From a virus (lineage: Duplodnaviria; Caudoviricetes): DNA of 64,000 nt. The translations under genes were made by a program, and so were the position numbers. The stretch covers positions 24,641-88,640 of the IMG/VR virus record IMGVR_UViG_3300020045_015293; one strand, given 5' to 3'. The first letter of the stretch is position 1, and each line of letters starts with the position of its first letter. The notes beneath the pieces were generated by a model. The model saw only the letters and a list, made by a program, of their open reading frames with translations. It was not told the DNA's origin and made no database searches. Shown here piece after piece: positions 41,620 to 52,360 of this stretch.

Positions 41620-41927
41620 AAATATTGTCTAAAAATAAAATTGATGCGTTAATTCAAAAAATAATTATTGAACCAATACTTATTCCTGAAATTAATTCCA
41701 TAATGAATTGTAGGTCAAATGAAAAAAATATAAGTTATGAACGTTCTTATTATTTAAACAATAATAAATTTAATTTAAATAAAGATCTTATAAAAAGCAT
41801 TTTAAAAAATGAGCATTGTTATCAATATAAAAAAGGCACAAGACAAATAAATATAAAATATAAGGTAAAAAATAAAAATGAAGATGACATTCTTTTAGAT
41901 ATTAAAGTAAATGCTTTAAGAAAATGA
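41616..41927 (+). CDS. hypothetical protein (MKILS leader)
   Basis: ORF with stop/start overlap. Confidence 0.5.
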   Translation: MKILSKNKIDALIQKIIIEPILIPEINSIMNCRSNEKNISYERSYYLNNNKFNLNKDLIKSILKNEHCYQYKKGTRQINIKYKVKNKNEDDILLDIKVNALRK

Positions 41928-42253
41928 AAGTAGTTCCATTATCATATTATAAAAAAAAATTTGATGAATATATTACTAAATATATAAAATCTATTATACA
42001 TACAAATTATACTACTAATTTAAAACATCAAATTTCATGTTATATAGGAGATAATAATCCAATATACGATTCATTTAAATATTATTATGAAATAAAAAAG
42101 CCTTTATGTATTAAAATAGATAATTATATTTATAATATTATAATAAATGAACATAAAAGTTATGGTGATAATTATATTATTTATGAAGTTAATTTAATAA
42201 CAAAATCTTTTTCTTTCCAAAATTCCATACATACCTTTATGAAACAAGAATAA
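41924..42253 (+). CDS. hypothetical protein
   Basis: ORF with stop/start overlap. Confidence 0.5.
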   Translation: MKVVPLSYYKKKFDEYITKYIKSIIHTNYTTNLKHQISCYIGDNNPIYDSFKYYYEIKKPLCIKIDNYIYNIIINEHKSYGDNYIIYEVNLITKSFSFQNSIHTFMKQE

Positions 42254-42270
42254 CCTTTTAAAACTGCTTA

Positions 42271-42711
42271 ATGATAGAACAATGTATAGAAGAATTAAAA
42301 CCGATAGCAAAATATTATAAAGTCAATGTAAATTTTTCAGATAAATTACCAAAATGGGTAGATGGATTATCACATAAAAAAAATGGGTTTACAATTAATA
42401 CAAGTGGAGAACGTAAAAGAGAACAAATAATATCAACATTTTTCCATGAATTAGGTCATGTATATTGTAAACGAAATAAATTATGGGAATCATATCATAA
42501 TCCTAGATCTGTATCAATACAAAAAGTAAGACGTACTGCATTAAAAGCCGAATTATGGATTGATAGATGGGCTATTACAGAAATGGAAAATTGGTTTCCA
42601 AATATTGAATATACAGGTAGTTATATTAATATGAAGCGATATACTTGTAAAAAAATATTTTATGAAAATTATTTAAATAAATATTATAAAGAACAAAAAA
42701 TTATTAACTAA
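42271..42711 (+). CDS. HExxH zinc metallopeptidase (ImmA/IrrE-like)
   Basis: TFFHELGHVY...E.W.D.WA. Confidence 0.7.
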   Translation: MIEQCIEELKPIAKYYKVNVNFSDKLPKWVDGLSHKKNGFTINTSGERKREQIISTFFHELGHVYCKRNKLWESYHNPRSVSIQKVRRTALKAELWIDRWAITEMENWFPNIEYTGSYINMKRYTCKKIFYENYLNKYYKEQKIIN

Positions 42712-42723
42712 AAAATTAAAGTT

Positions 42724-43230
42724 ATGTTTAAATTTTCAGATTTTAAAGAAGGTCAATTATTTTCCGCTATTATTTATGAACGACAGTGTAATGGACAAAT
42801 TCAAATTGAAAATGGAAAGGTTTTCTTGTGTCAAAATAAAATAGAAGGGGATAATTGTAATTCTAAATTAGGATATAAATATTCATGGGTGTTACCAAAA
42901 CCAGATAAACATAATAACATTAATCCATCTGGGGAACATGTTGAAGGTTTAAAATTAACAGAAAATCCATCATTTCAAAGACCAAAATTATTTCAGGCAT
43001 TTGGTTATAATATTGAAAGAAAAAAAATAAATCGTCAAAATACTGAATTTATTTTTGGATGTGGGGAAGTTAAAGTAACTAAAAATGAATTAAGAAATTA
43101 TGTAAAAACACTAAAGAACAAATCAATAAAGGATTTTTTAAAAGTTAATAATATAATTATAAATAGAAACCTAAATATAAATGTTGCTAACGATGTTATT
43201 AATCAATTAATTTCTGAAAAAACAAAATAA
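42724..43230 (+). CDS. GC[QGE] family protein
   Basis: FIFGCGEVKVT..EL. Confidence 0.55.
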   Translation: MFKFSDFKEGQLFSAIIYERQCNGQIQIENGKVFLCQNKIEGDNCNSKLGYKYSWVLPKPDKHNNINPSGEHVEGLKLTENPSFQRPKLFQAFGYNIERKKINRQNTEFIFGCGEVKVTKNELRNYVKTLKNKSIKDFLKVNNIIINRNLNINVANDVINQLISEKTK

Positions 43231-43235
43231 AAGTT

Positions 43236-43646
43236 ATGAAAAGAAGAAAATTTCAACCACAAATTACAGACTCATTTATTCCAAAAATTGATAAAACCCA
43301 AAATACGGTAAATGTACTGTTTCCATATCGTACTAAATATGGAGTTTGGTGTTTTGATGATGAACAATTGGGAATTGTTGGAGAACCATTTGTAGGAGAT
43401 ATTAATACTATGATTGATATACATGCTCAAGGTTCTGAAAATTTGATAATTAATATATCAAGTCAACCAATACCTGGTTCCACTTTATCATTAACAAAAA
43501 GGGAGGATTTAGGACAAGGATTCTATCAATTGGATGGTACAGAAATTACAGGATGGTTATGCCCATGTTTCCTTAATTACTTTCCTGATTATGTTGAAAA
43601 AGTTTATGCTAAAATAACATTACCTAAAGAACAAATATTAAATTAA
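43236..43646 (+). CDS. hypothetical protein (DUF6717-like)
   Basis: PYR..GVWCFDD...EPFV...GWLCP....YF. Confidence 0.55.
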   Translation: MKRRKFQPQITDSFIPKIDKTQNTVNVLFPYRTKYGVWCFDDEQLGIVGEPFVGDINTMIDIHAQGSENLIINISSQPIPGSTLSLTKREDLGQGFYQLDGTEITGWLCPCFLNYFPDYVEKVYAKITLPKEQILN

Positions 43647-43658
43647 AAAATTAAAGTT

Positions 43659-44216
43659 ATGAAATTTAATGCAAAAATTCTAGCAATCAGTGGCATTGCA
43701 CTGATTTTAATTTTATCTATTGGAGGATGTTTTATTTCAAAATCAAATGCTGAAATTGATTTACGAAATTCATTTACTCAAGCAAGTTCTGAGCGAACTA
43801 CAATTTACGACAATAAGGTATATAAAGTAGTTGCTCAAAAAACACAAATTGCTTTAAAAAATGATTCCTCATTCATAAAAGTAGTTAACGCTCAAATGGA
43901 AGGGCAAAAGGATGCACCTGGACTATTTATGAAATGGATACAACAAAGTAATCCAACTGCTACATTTACAGAAGTATCAGCACTATATAAGGATTTAGGT
44001 AGAACTGTAGAATCTGTGCGAACAGAATTTGTTGAACAAGAAAAGAAAATGCAGGATATAAAGAAACAACATGATAATTTGTTATCAAAATTTCCAAGTT
44101 CAATAGTATTATCAATATTAGGTAGAAAACATCTTGTGTATAAACCAATAACTTCTGACAAAACTGATAAAATAATGACCACTGGTAAAGATAATGATAT
44201 AAATATATTTCAATAA
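43659..44216 (+). CDS. membrane-anchored LemA-like protein
   Basis: N-terminal TM, helical coiled coil, FPSSIVL..G tail. Confidence 0.5.
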   Translation: MKFNAKILAISGIALILILSIGGCFISKSNAEIDLRNSFTQASSERTTIYDNKVYKVVAQKTQIALKNDSSFIKVVNAQMEGQKDAPGLFMKWIQQSNPTATFTEVSALYKDLGRTVESVRTEFVEQEKKMQDIKKQHDNLLSKFPSSIVLSILGRKHLVYKPITSDKTDKIMTTGKDNDINIFQ

Positions 44217-44234
44217 ATAAAAAAAATTAAAGTT

Positions 44235-44471
44235 ATGGCACGTACTGCATTAAGAGAAAAAAAGGGACAACAAACAAGAGCATTTGGATTCAATGTTTAT
44301 AAAACACCAAAAGGATTTAGTTTTGGGTGTGGTGAAGTAAAATTAACAAGAGCTGAATTAAGAGGATTTTTAAAAGTAATACGAACATTACAACGCAGAG
44401 GATATAATTTTCATTCAAGAATAATTACCCAAGCTATAAATACCTCTAATAAATTATTAAGAAAACGCTAA
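44235..44471 (+). CDS. GC[QGE] family protein (single domain)
   Basis: AFGFNV......FSFGCGEVKLT..EL, close to 42724. Confidence 0.55.
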   Translation: MARTALREKKGQQTRAFGFNVYKTPKGFSFGCGEVKLTRAELRGFLKVIRTLQRRGYNFHSRIITQAINTSNKLLRKR

Positions 44472-44474
44472 ACT

Positions 44475-45725
44475 ATGGAATGGTTTGCTTTATTAGTGCC
44501 ATTATTTATTGTAGGTTTATTAGTAGTTATATTTAAAAAATCATTTACTTGGTGGGAAGTAAGTTTACCTTTAATATCAACTGTTATTATAATATTAATT
44601 ACTAAATTAATAATAATTTCTAGTAAAACAAAAGACACCGAGTATTGGGGTTCAATGATAGTTGAGGCTAGGTATTATGAATATTATGAATCATGGGTTG
44701 AAAGGACTTGTTCATATACTACTACTTGTTGTTGTGATGATAAAGGAAATAACTGTCAAACAATTACACATTATTACGATTGTTCTTATTGTGATAATAA
44801 TTCTGCATATTGGGAAGTTAGAGATGATGTAGGGAATGTTTGGGGAATTTCTGAAAAATATTATAATTATTTAAAAAATAGGTGGAAATCAATTCCTGAA
44901 TTTGTTGAATTAAATAGAAATATTGATTATTATGGTTCTTGTGGTGATGATGGAGATATGTATAGAATTAAATGGAAGGGTGAAATTGAAACATCTGAAG
45001 CTGCTGTAACAAAACATACTTATGAAAACAAAATACAATCTTCAAAATCAGCGTTTAAATTTGAAAATATTTCTAATAAAGAAGCATTAAAATATGGTTT
45101 ATATAAATATCCTAAAATATATAATTATTATAAACAAAAAGTAATACTTGGATTAGATAGTTTACCTGAATATAAAATTGATATGGAAAATATTGAAACT
45201 TATTACCAATATTTTAATGGGTCAAGAGGAGCTAAAAATAAAGTAAAAATATTTATATGTTTATTTTTTGATAAATCATTAAGTGTTGTACGAAAACAAC
45301 AAGCCTATTGGGATGGAGCAAATCAAAATGAGTTAATAATTTGTATTGGATTAAATAAACAAATGGTTAATGATATAAGAAAATTAGATTGGGTTGAAGC
45401 ATTTAGTTTTACTAATAATAAACGAGTATTAGTTGATTTAAGGGAAGATATCATGAGTTTAGAATCATTTCAACCTTATAATATATATGGTATAATTGAT
45501 AAATCTATAGGTAATAATATAATGTACCGTGATTTTAAAAAGGATTTTAGTTATTTAAAAGTTGAATTATCTAGAGGAAATATAAGATTAATTTATATAT
45601 TGTCTTTTATTATAACTTTAATATCTTGTTTTTATTGTTTAACCAATGAATTTGGTGAAACATTAGATGAATATAACATTAAACAAAGATGGAATGAATT
45701 TATAGATAAAATATTAAAAAAATGA
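44475..45725 (+). CDS. membrane protein with Cys-rich extracytoplasmic region
   Basis: Two N-terminal and one C-terminal TM; CSYTTTCCCD...CQ...C..C. Confidence 0.6.
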   Translation: MEWFALLVPLFIVGLLVVIFKKSFTWWEVSLPLISTVIIILITKLIIISSKTKDTEYWGSMIVEARYYEYYESWVERTCSYTTTCCCDDKGNNCQTITHYYDCSYCDNNSAYWEVRDDVGNVWGISEKYYNYLKNRWKSIPEFVELNRNIDYYGSCGDDGDMYRIKWKGEIETSEAAVTKHTYENKIQSSKSAFKFENISNKEALKYGLYKYPKIYNYYKQKVILGLDSLPEYKIDMENIETYYQYFNGSRGAKNKVKIFICLFFDKSLSVVRKQQAYWDGANQNELIICIGLNKQMVNDIRKLDWVEAFSFTNNKRVLVDLREDIMSLESFQPYNIYGIIDKSIGNNIMYRDFKKDFSYLKVELSRGNIRLIYILSFIITLISCFYCLTNEFGETLDEYNIKQRWNEFIDKILKK

Positions 45726-45862
45726 AAATTATTTCATCATTTAAAGATTATTATATTTATAATTGGAATATTTGTTATAATTAGTATTGGAGCATGGCTT
45801 AATGAGAGGTGAAAAATAATTTTTCCAAAGTTTTTTTCTTACCTTTATGCAAATAAAAGGTT

Positions 45863-46567
45863 ATGTCATACGAAACATCAGTTGAATTATTACCTAAAAC
45901 TGAATTACCTGTTGAATTAGAACAACAAGGAGTTAAAGTTATTCAGGTTCCATCAATTAGTACTCCAGGTGCTAGTAGAAAGATCTTTATTAATCTCAAA
46001 CCAGAATATATAGAATTTAAACAAGGTCAACGTGTATTACCTGCTGAATTTGTAGGTATTCCTGATCAAGGTGCTGTTTATTTTAATAAAACATATCCAC
46101 CAGGTACTAAATTTTATGCAGACGGAGGACATCAATGTTTAACTGAATTAGGAGGAAGAAGAACATTTTTTTTAGATGCATTAATGATTCATCCATCCGA
46201 ATTTAAAAAATCTCAAAGAATAACAATTGAAGGATTAAAGAGGAGAGGTCGTAAATCTGATCCTAATAAAATAAAAGTTGATAAAAATCCAAATGCTCCT
46301 AAAGGTAAACGTGGACGTAAACCGTTAGATCCTGAAGAAAAATTAAGACGGGAAGCATTAAAAATTCCAAAAATAGGTGGTACTGGTAAAAGGGGAAGAC
46401 CAAAAAAAGACCCAAATGAATTAAAAGTAAAAGAAGTAATAATAAGACCTGAAGGATATATACCTAAACGTGGAAGACCTGCTAAAGAAGGTGGAATTAA
46501 ATCAGTTCCATATATTAAAACAGGAAAACCTAGAGGACGTCCTAAAAAAATAATTATTGAACAATAA
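45863..46567 (+). CDS. AT-hook-rich DNA-binding protein
   Basis: Five RGRK/RGRP motifs in the C-terminal half. Confidence 0.65.
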   Translation: MSYETSVELLPKTELPVELEQQGVKVIQVPSISTPGASRKIFINLKPEYIEFKQGQRVLPAEFVGIPDQGAVYFNKTYPPGTKFYADGGHQCLTELGGRRTFFLDALMIHPSEFKKSQRITIEGLKRRGRKSDPNKIKVDKNPNAPKGKRGRKPLDPEEKLRREALKIPKIGGTGKRGRPKKDPNELKVKEVIIRPEGYIPKRGRPAKEGGIKSVPYIKTGKPRGRPKKIIIEQ

Positions 46568-46754
46568 TTAAGGTTATGAAAAAAATTATGTTATATTTTA
46601 TTAAAATACAAAATTATTTTATTAGTTTATTTATCAAATATATTGATAAATATTCATATTTTGATGCTTTAGTATTAGTGTGTATAATTATAACAATTAC
46701 ATTTTTATTTATGTTTCTTTTAAGCCTATTTTTCAAATAATAAAACATTTAATT

Positions 46755-48011
46755 ATGAAAAAATACTTTAAACCAGGAGATAAAATAGTAGTATTACAAG
46801 ATTTTCCAAATACATTTGGAATGGAAAATGGTAATAATAATAGAGAAGGAATTTTTGTTAGATATACTAATCGTAAATTGGATGCTTGTGATACTAATAT
46901 ATATCATTATATAGTTAGAATTCCAAATGGACCAGATAATTTAGTATGTCATGATATACAATTATTATCAATGTCAAAATATAAATTTAGTGATGTTGTA
47001 TCAGAAAATAGTAAAATATGGGTAAAATGCTATAATGTAGAGCAAGCTAATAAAATTAGAGGAAATGACCTTAAAAGTTATGATTATACAAGTTGGCCTA
47101 TTTTTGCATATATACATGGAAGGAGTCATGGTTTTAATTATAATTGTTGTGATCCTAGTTATGGAGATCCTATTATAGAATATAATGAAATAGATTTTGA
47201 AGAAGAATTTATTTTACCTGAAAAATGGTGTATTAAAGTAACAAATGAAAATCAAGAGGATATAACAAATTATTTTCATAGAGGATATACAGCAGAAATT
47301 GATTATTATTTATATGTTGATAATAATCAATTTCATTATAAATCAATAGTAAAAGATGAGTATTACACAGAAATAACATTTGAACAATTTAAAAAATATG
47401 TATTAAAACAAAATAATATGGAAAAGAAAATAATTGGATATAAATTAATTAAACCAGAATATGAATCCGCAGCACATGCTATAATGGGTAATACAGGATT
47501 TAGTGGTGATGGTAAAACAGATATTAAACTTCAGGACACAATAAATTTATTTAAAAATGCTGGAGTATTGGATTTATGGTTTAAACCAGTGTATGAAGAA
47601 GAATTTAAAGTTGGAGACTGGATTTATTTCTTAAAAGCATTTGATGGTAGTAATATAGGTCATGTTGGTCAAATAACTAATATTAAACCAGATAGTTATA
47701 AAAATTCCCAATGGTTATCATATTCACCTGCTAATATTGGAGGGGGCTTTAGAATAGGTGGAAATGGATATTTTTATGGAAAAGACTTTAGATTAGCAAC
47801 ACCAGAAGAAATAAAAGCTGTTACAAAATTAGAAATAGGAGGATATAAAGCAGAAAAAACATCAAAAGGAATAAAATTTGGATGTCAAGAATTTAGTATT
47901 GAAGAATTAAAAACAATTAAAAAATTATTTAATTCAGAATTACAAACCAAATTAATTATTCGCGGTGTTGAAATTAAACTATCATTAATTGATAAATTAA
48001 TTAATTTATGA
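46755..48011 (+). CDS. modular hypothetical protein with LPEKWCIK module and C-terminal GC[QGE] domain
   Basis: IKFGCQEFS; start moved to MKKYFK. Confidence 0.6.
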   Translation: MKKYFKPGDKIVVLQDFPNTFGMENGNNNREGIFVRYTNRKLDACDTNIYHYIVRIPNGPDNLVCHDIQLLSMSKYKFSDVVSENSKIWVKCYNVEQANKIRGNDLKSYDYTSWPIFAYIHGRSHGFNYNCCDPSYGDPIIEYNEIDFEEEFILPEKWCIKVTNENQEDITNYFHRGYTAEIDYYLYVDNNQFHYKSIVKDEYYTEITFEQFKKYVLKQNNMEKKIIGYKLIKPEYESAAHAIMGNTGFSGDGKTDIKLQDTINLFKNAGVLDLWFKPVYEEEFKVGDWIYFLKAFDGSNIGHVGQITNIKPDSYKNSQWLSYSPANIGGGFRIGGNGYFYGKDFRLATPEEIKAVTKLEIGGYKAEKTSKGIKFGCQEFSIEELKTIKKLFNSELQTKLIIRGVEIKLSLIDKLINL

Positions 48012-48523
48012 ATACACTAGTAATACATCCCAAAGATATAACAACTGATTTTTTAACTGAAATATATTTAAATAAAAATTGGGATGTAATTAATACAAAT
48101 GTACCTCCACATCAATTAAAAGAACAAATACAAAAATATGATCGTATAATAATGTTGGGACATGGAATACCACAAGGATTATTAGGATTTGGTCGTTTAA
48201 TTATTGATACAACATTTATTCCATTACTAAAAGAAAAAATTAATAATGTTTATATTTGGTGTAATGCTGATCAATTTGTTAAAGCAAATGGATTAAAAGG
48301 ATTTGCTACTGGAATGATAATTTCTGAAGTTGGAGAAGCATTATATTTTGGAATATTACCTGAGAAAGGTGAAATTGAAGTATCAAATAAATTATTTGCT
48401 GAGGCAATAAAAAATTCAATTGAATTAGTACCTAATAAAATGGTAAATGAAGTAATGTATGATTATAAACATTATAATAATCAAATAATTGAATATAATA
48501 AATCAAATATTTATTCATTTTGA
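48008..48523 (+). CDS. hypothetical protein, possible clan CD (caspase/gingipain-like) peptidase
   Basis: IMLGHG...IWCNA His-Gly/Cys pattern. Confidence 0.4.
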   Translation: MNTLVIHPKDITTDFLTEIYLNKNWDVINTNVPPHQLKEQIQKYDRIIMLGHGIPQGLLGFGRLIIDTTFIPLLKEKINNVYIWCNADQFVKANGLKGFATGMIISEVGEALYFGILPEKGEIEVSNKLFAEAIKNSIELVPNKMVNEVMYDYKHYNNQIIEYNKSNIYSF

Positions 48524-48524
48524 A

Positions 48525-48899
48525 ATGAAAATAGTATCACCAAATAAATTATTAGAAGCAACTCGGGGATGTTTAATATGTTTTGCTCATTATGGAGATG
48601 GGGAATTTATTGGATTTCATGCTGATACTTATGGTACTATATCTAAAGAATATCCTAAAATATATGAAAATAGTGAACGCCAAATAGAAATCATTGAAAC
48701 AAATTATAAAACAAGAATTAATTCAATGCGTTTAATGAGGGAAAAACAGAGGAATTATAAACATGAATTATCTAAATATAAAGATATTGAATTAAAAGTT
48801 GTTTTATGTGAAGGATTGAATGATATATATCCAACTAAAGAACAAATTGATAAATGGTTAAAAAAACCATTTAAAACAATTTATACTATAAAATCATAA
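48525..48899 (+). CDS. hypothetical protein
   Basis: ORF; start moved to MKIVSP. Confidence 0.5.
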   Translation: MKIVSPNKLLEATRGCLICFAHYGDGEFIGFHADTYGTISKEYPKIYENSERQIEIIETNYKTRINSMRLMREKQRNYKHELSKYKDIELKVVLCEGLNDIYPTKEQIDKWLKKPFKTIYTIKS

Positions 48900-48955
48900 C
48901 TATTTTTTGAATTTCCAAAACTTTATACGTATCTTTATATATTAAATGAAAGGTT

Positions 48956-49243
48956 ATGTCTAAAATCGAAATTAAATCCATTTTTGAACAAATTGCTGAG
49001 AAAGTGTTTAAAATGAATGACTTAGAATCAGCTAAATCATTTATTATAGAATTTGTGGAAAGTAAAAATATAAATATTAGTGATAAAGGAAAAATAATTG
49101 CTGAAGTAAATAAAGTGAAAACAATTCAAAAATTATGGTTTTATATTTCTAATTCTTTATTAAAATATGAAGGTTTAGGAAAAAATCAAATTGATAAAAC
49201 TGCTCGCAAAGCAGCTTCTGAAACTGAATTTGAAGAATGTTAA
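48956..49243 (+). CDS. hypothetical protein
   Basis: ORF after CCAAA promoter at 48915. Confidence 0.55.
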   Translation: MSKIEIKSIFEQIAEKVFKMNDLESAKSFIIEFVESKNINISDKGKIIAEVNKVKTIQKLWFYISNSLLKYEGLGKNQIDKTARKAASETEFEEC

Positions 49244-49356
49244 AAAGTAGCAAGGACGTTACCAATATCGGGAATTGAAAGGGATAATATAGATCTCCAC
49301 ACTCAAATAATGTTCTTGCTACTATTTAATAAATTTGTTAAAAAAATGTTAATGTT

Positions 49357-49602
49357 ATGAAAAAAATATTTGAATTATTAGTTTTTGGAAAAAAAATACA
49401 AGGTGAAATACCTAAATCCACCTACCATACTATTCAACCATCAATGATTCCATCATTTAGTGATTGGTGTAATGAAAATAGAGTTAGTTCTAATTACAAA
49501 AACAATGAACCTATAATTAGAGCTAAAACAATGATGAATCAATGGGGTGATCATAAAGGTGTAAATTGGAAAAAAACTATATTAAACATTAAAATAAATT
49601 AA
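49357..49602 (+). CDS. hypothetical protein
   Basis: ORF. Confidence 0.5.
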   Translation: MKKIFELLVFGKKIQGEIPKSTYHTIQPSMIPSFSDWCNENRVSSNYKNNEPIIRAKTMMNQWGDHKGVNWKKTILNIKIN

Positions 49603-49605
49603 AAT

Positions 49606-49986
49606 ATGAATACTCAAATCCCAACACAAGATATTAAATTAATGGATATTAATCCTAGTGTTGTCAATTTAACAATTAAATATTTGAAGAAAATAGGTGT
49701 GCCATTTTATTCAGAAACAAATGAATTTGATATAAGATATCCTTATTTATATTGGTATTCAAGTAATAAACAAATGTCTCAAAGTAGGAATCATTACTCG
49801 GAGAAAATTTGTAATACAGCAGATGAATTTATTTCTAATTTTGAAAAACCAACTGAAATAAAAATTAAATTAAATGATAAATACACTGCTTTAGTTACAA
49901 AAAATGAAATAAACGTTGGTTGTCAAACATTTACAAAAGAAGTTTTTGAGGACGTATATAATGCATTACTGAAATTAAACCAATAA
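49606..49986 (+). CDS. GC[QGE] family protein
   Basis: INVGCQTFT. Confidence 0.55.
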   Translation: MNTQIPTQDIKLMDINPSVVNLTIKYLKKIGVPFYSETNEFDIRYPYLYWYSSNKQMSQSRNHYSEKICNTADEFISNFEKPTEIKIKLNDKYTALVTKNEINVGCQTFTKEVFEDVYNALLKLNQ

Positions 49987-49997
49987 TTAAATTGGTT

Positions 49998-50261
49998 ATG
50001 AAAATTATATCTGATAAAAATAAAGAATATTGGAATTGGTTAAATGAATTTAATACTATATATTGGCCAAAAGTATCTAAATTAGGACATATAAGAAAAG
50101 GACAAGCATTATTTAATTATTTATATGAAAAATATCCTGCAATTGCTGATAAAGTGAGTGGTAGTATATATGACTGTTATTATAATGATGAAGAATCTAG
50201 AATAAAGTTAACATTAACATATTTAAAACAAAATTGGGAATCATTAAAAAAACAGATATGA
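49998..50261 (+). CDS. hypothetical protein
   Basis: R.GQALFN.L....P...D.YY motif. Confidence 0.55.
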   Translation: MKIISDKNKEYWNWLNEFNTIYWPKVSKLGHIRKGQALFNYLYEKYPAIADKVSGSIYDCYYNDEESRIKLTLTYLKQNWESLKKQI

Positions 50262-50623
50262 GTATCCAAAGTGTAAATATGAATTATCACACAATTAATG
50301 TATTTTCTCAGATACAAGAATCAGGTACTCAAAATGTGGTACCAATTGTAGGAATGCCTGTTACATTAAATTATTACACTGATAGATATGCTGGAACAAT
50401 TACACAAGTTATAAATGATAAAACAATTATTATAAAAAATAATAAAACTGAAACTATTGATTATTATGCTGGTGAATATAAAGTATTACCTGAATTACAA
50501 GGAAATGAACAAATATTTACTAAACGCAAAAATGGGCGTTGGGTGCGAAAGGGTGATAATCAAAGTAAAGGTTTAGGATTATCATTAGGAATACATGCTC
50601 ATTATATTGACCCTAATTTTTAA
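50258..50623 (+). CDS. hypothetical phage protein
   Basis: VGM.VT..Y.TDRYA.TI...FT.RKNGRW...YIDPNF. Confidence 0.6.
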   Translation: MSIQSVNMNYHTINVFSQIQESGTQNVVPIVGMPVTLNYYTDRYAGTITQVINDKTIIIKNNKTETIDYYAGEYKVLPELQGNEQIFTKRKNGRWVRKGDNQSKGLGLSLGIHAHYIDPNF

Positions 50624-50775
50624 AAAATAATGAATATAACCAAATTAATATCAACAATAATATTATTACCTATAGTGATTTTGTGTTATTTTGGTAAAGC
50701 AATATTGGATACTATTACAGATTGGTGGGAATGGGTAACAGATAAAAGAAAATATTTGTTTTAAAATATTTAATT

Positions 50776-51459
50776 ATGAACACCATTAAAGTACAAGTAC
50801 ATCTTATAGCTACAGATAAAGATTATCCATCTTTAGGACAGTTAATTTTGAGTAAAGGAAATAATCTTTTAGGGCAAAAAGGTGAATATTCTGTAACAGA
50901 TGAGATGATACCACAACATCTTTATTTCACTAATTCTGAAGAGATAAAAGAAGGTGATTGGCATATCAACTTACTTAATAATAGTATTGAGAAAGCAAGC
51001 AAAAATGTAGCAGCTAATTGGAAATCTAACATGTCTTATAATAATGAGACAAGATTTCTAAGAAATGATTATAAGAAGATAGTAGCTACAACAAATCCTG
51101 AATTGTGGGGATTACATGTAGAAGTTAAGGAAGCTTTTTATCCATTTGGTATTCCTAAAATTCCCCAATCCTTCATATCATCCTATATTAAGAGATATAA
51201 TGAAAATAATTCTATTAAGGAAGTGTGGTTAGAACAAAGTAACATGGATGGTATTATGTCTTCTGTAAATAAAAAATACCATACTCAATTAAAACTCACT
51301 CCTGATGGAGAAGTAATAGTAGTTCCTAAAGAGGAGAAAATATATACAAGAGAAGAATTAATACAAGCTTGTATGGATTTTAGGTCTGCTGGAGGTGATA
51401 TAAGAAATATGCGACCTCTTGATAAAGAATGGTTTGATAAAAACTATCCTATAAACTAA
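50776..51459 (+). CDS. hypothetical phage protein
   Basis: QHLYFT..EEIKEGDW; KIVATT. Confidence 0.6.
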   Translation: MNTIKVQVHLIATDKDYPSLGQLILSKGNNLLGQKGEYSVTDEMIPQHLYFTNSEEIKEGDWHINLLNNSIEKASKNVAANWKSNMSYNNETRFLRNDYKKIVATTNPELWGLHVEVKEAFYPFGIPKIPQSFISSYIKRYNENNSIKEVWLEQSNMDGIMSSVNKKYHTQLKLTPDGEVIVVPKEEKIYTREELIQACMDFRSAGGDIRNMRPLDKEWFDKNYPIN

Positions 51460-51464
51460 TTAAT

Positions 51465-51677
51465 ATGATAACAATATCAACTTATTGGGGAATAACAATT
51501 ATAGTATGGATTATAATTGGAATATGTCTCATTCTTCTTAAAAAAGGTGATTTAGAAATAGCAGGAATTATTCCAGCAGGAATAGCTACAATATTATTTT
51601 GGATATGGTTTATATATACTATGGTTCGTATAATGAACGGATGGAATACTATTCCTCAAATTATTAAATTTACTTAA
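51465..51677 (+). CDS. small membrane protein
   Basis: Two TM segments. Confidence 0.5.
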   Translation: MITISTYWGITIIVWIIIGICLILLKKGDLEIAGIIPAGIATILFWIWFIYTMVRIMNGWNTIPQIIKFT

Positions 51678-51685
51678 TATAATAT

Positions 51686-51871
51686 ATGACTACCTTAAAA
51701 CAAATACAAAATTGTGTAAGTTATGAACGTTATTCCAAAGTAGCAGGTAAGTTACATGGATTGAAATTACCTAAAAAGAATTTAGGAAAAACAATACAAG
51801 TAATACATGATGATATTATGGAACAATATAGTGGATACCGTTCAGCAACTGCTTCTAGATATGCACAATAA
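51686..51871 (+). CDS. hypothetical protein
   Basis: ORF. Confidence 0.45.
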   Translation: MTTLKQIQNCVSYERYSKVAGKLHGLKLPKKNLGKTIQVIHDDIMEQYSGYRSATASRYAQ

Positions 51872-51900
51872 AGTATTAATTTAATCAAAAAAGAATTAAA

Positions 51901-52359
51901 ATGAAAAAATTATTAACCATATTATCATGTATATTAATAATATCATGTCAAAAGGAAAATGACAATATTGTTGAAAAAAATATTTCATTTCCTGGTTTTG
52001 AAGTAGTGGGTAAATGGATATCAGATGATAGTGACTCTGTTGGTGTTAATCGAAGTTGGTGGTTACAATTAGATTCTACAAATGGTAGGGGATGGACGAC
52101 TATTAAACAAGTTTCTGAATATATTTATAATACCTCTCCTATCGCTTGGCAACCAGTTGTATTTACACCTCCTTGTAAATGGAAGATTATAGGAATGGCA
52201 ATAGAACAAGGTGGTAATACAGCATATCCACCAACTTCTCAATATTGGTATTTTATGGTAGATACTGCTAGTCCGCGTATTCTTAATACTTGGGAACCAA
52301 GATATGTTTCAGATTCAATTTATCATACCAGAGTAATTGGTAGTACATATTGTAATTAA
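51901..52359 (+). CDS. putative lipoprotein
   Basis: MKKLLTILSCILIISCQKE lipobox-like signal. Confidence 0.55.
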   Translation: MKKLLTILSCILIISCQKENDNIVEKNISFPGFEVVGKWISDDSDSVGVNRSWWLQLDSTNGRGWTTIKQVSEYIYNTSPIAWQPVVFTPPCKWKIIGMAIEQGGNTAYPPTSQYWYFMVDTASPRILNTWEPRYVSDSIYHTRVIGSTYCN

Positions 52360-52360
52360 A

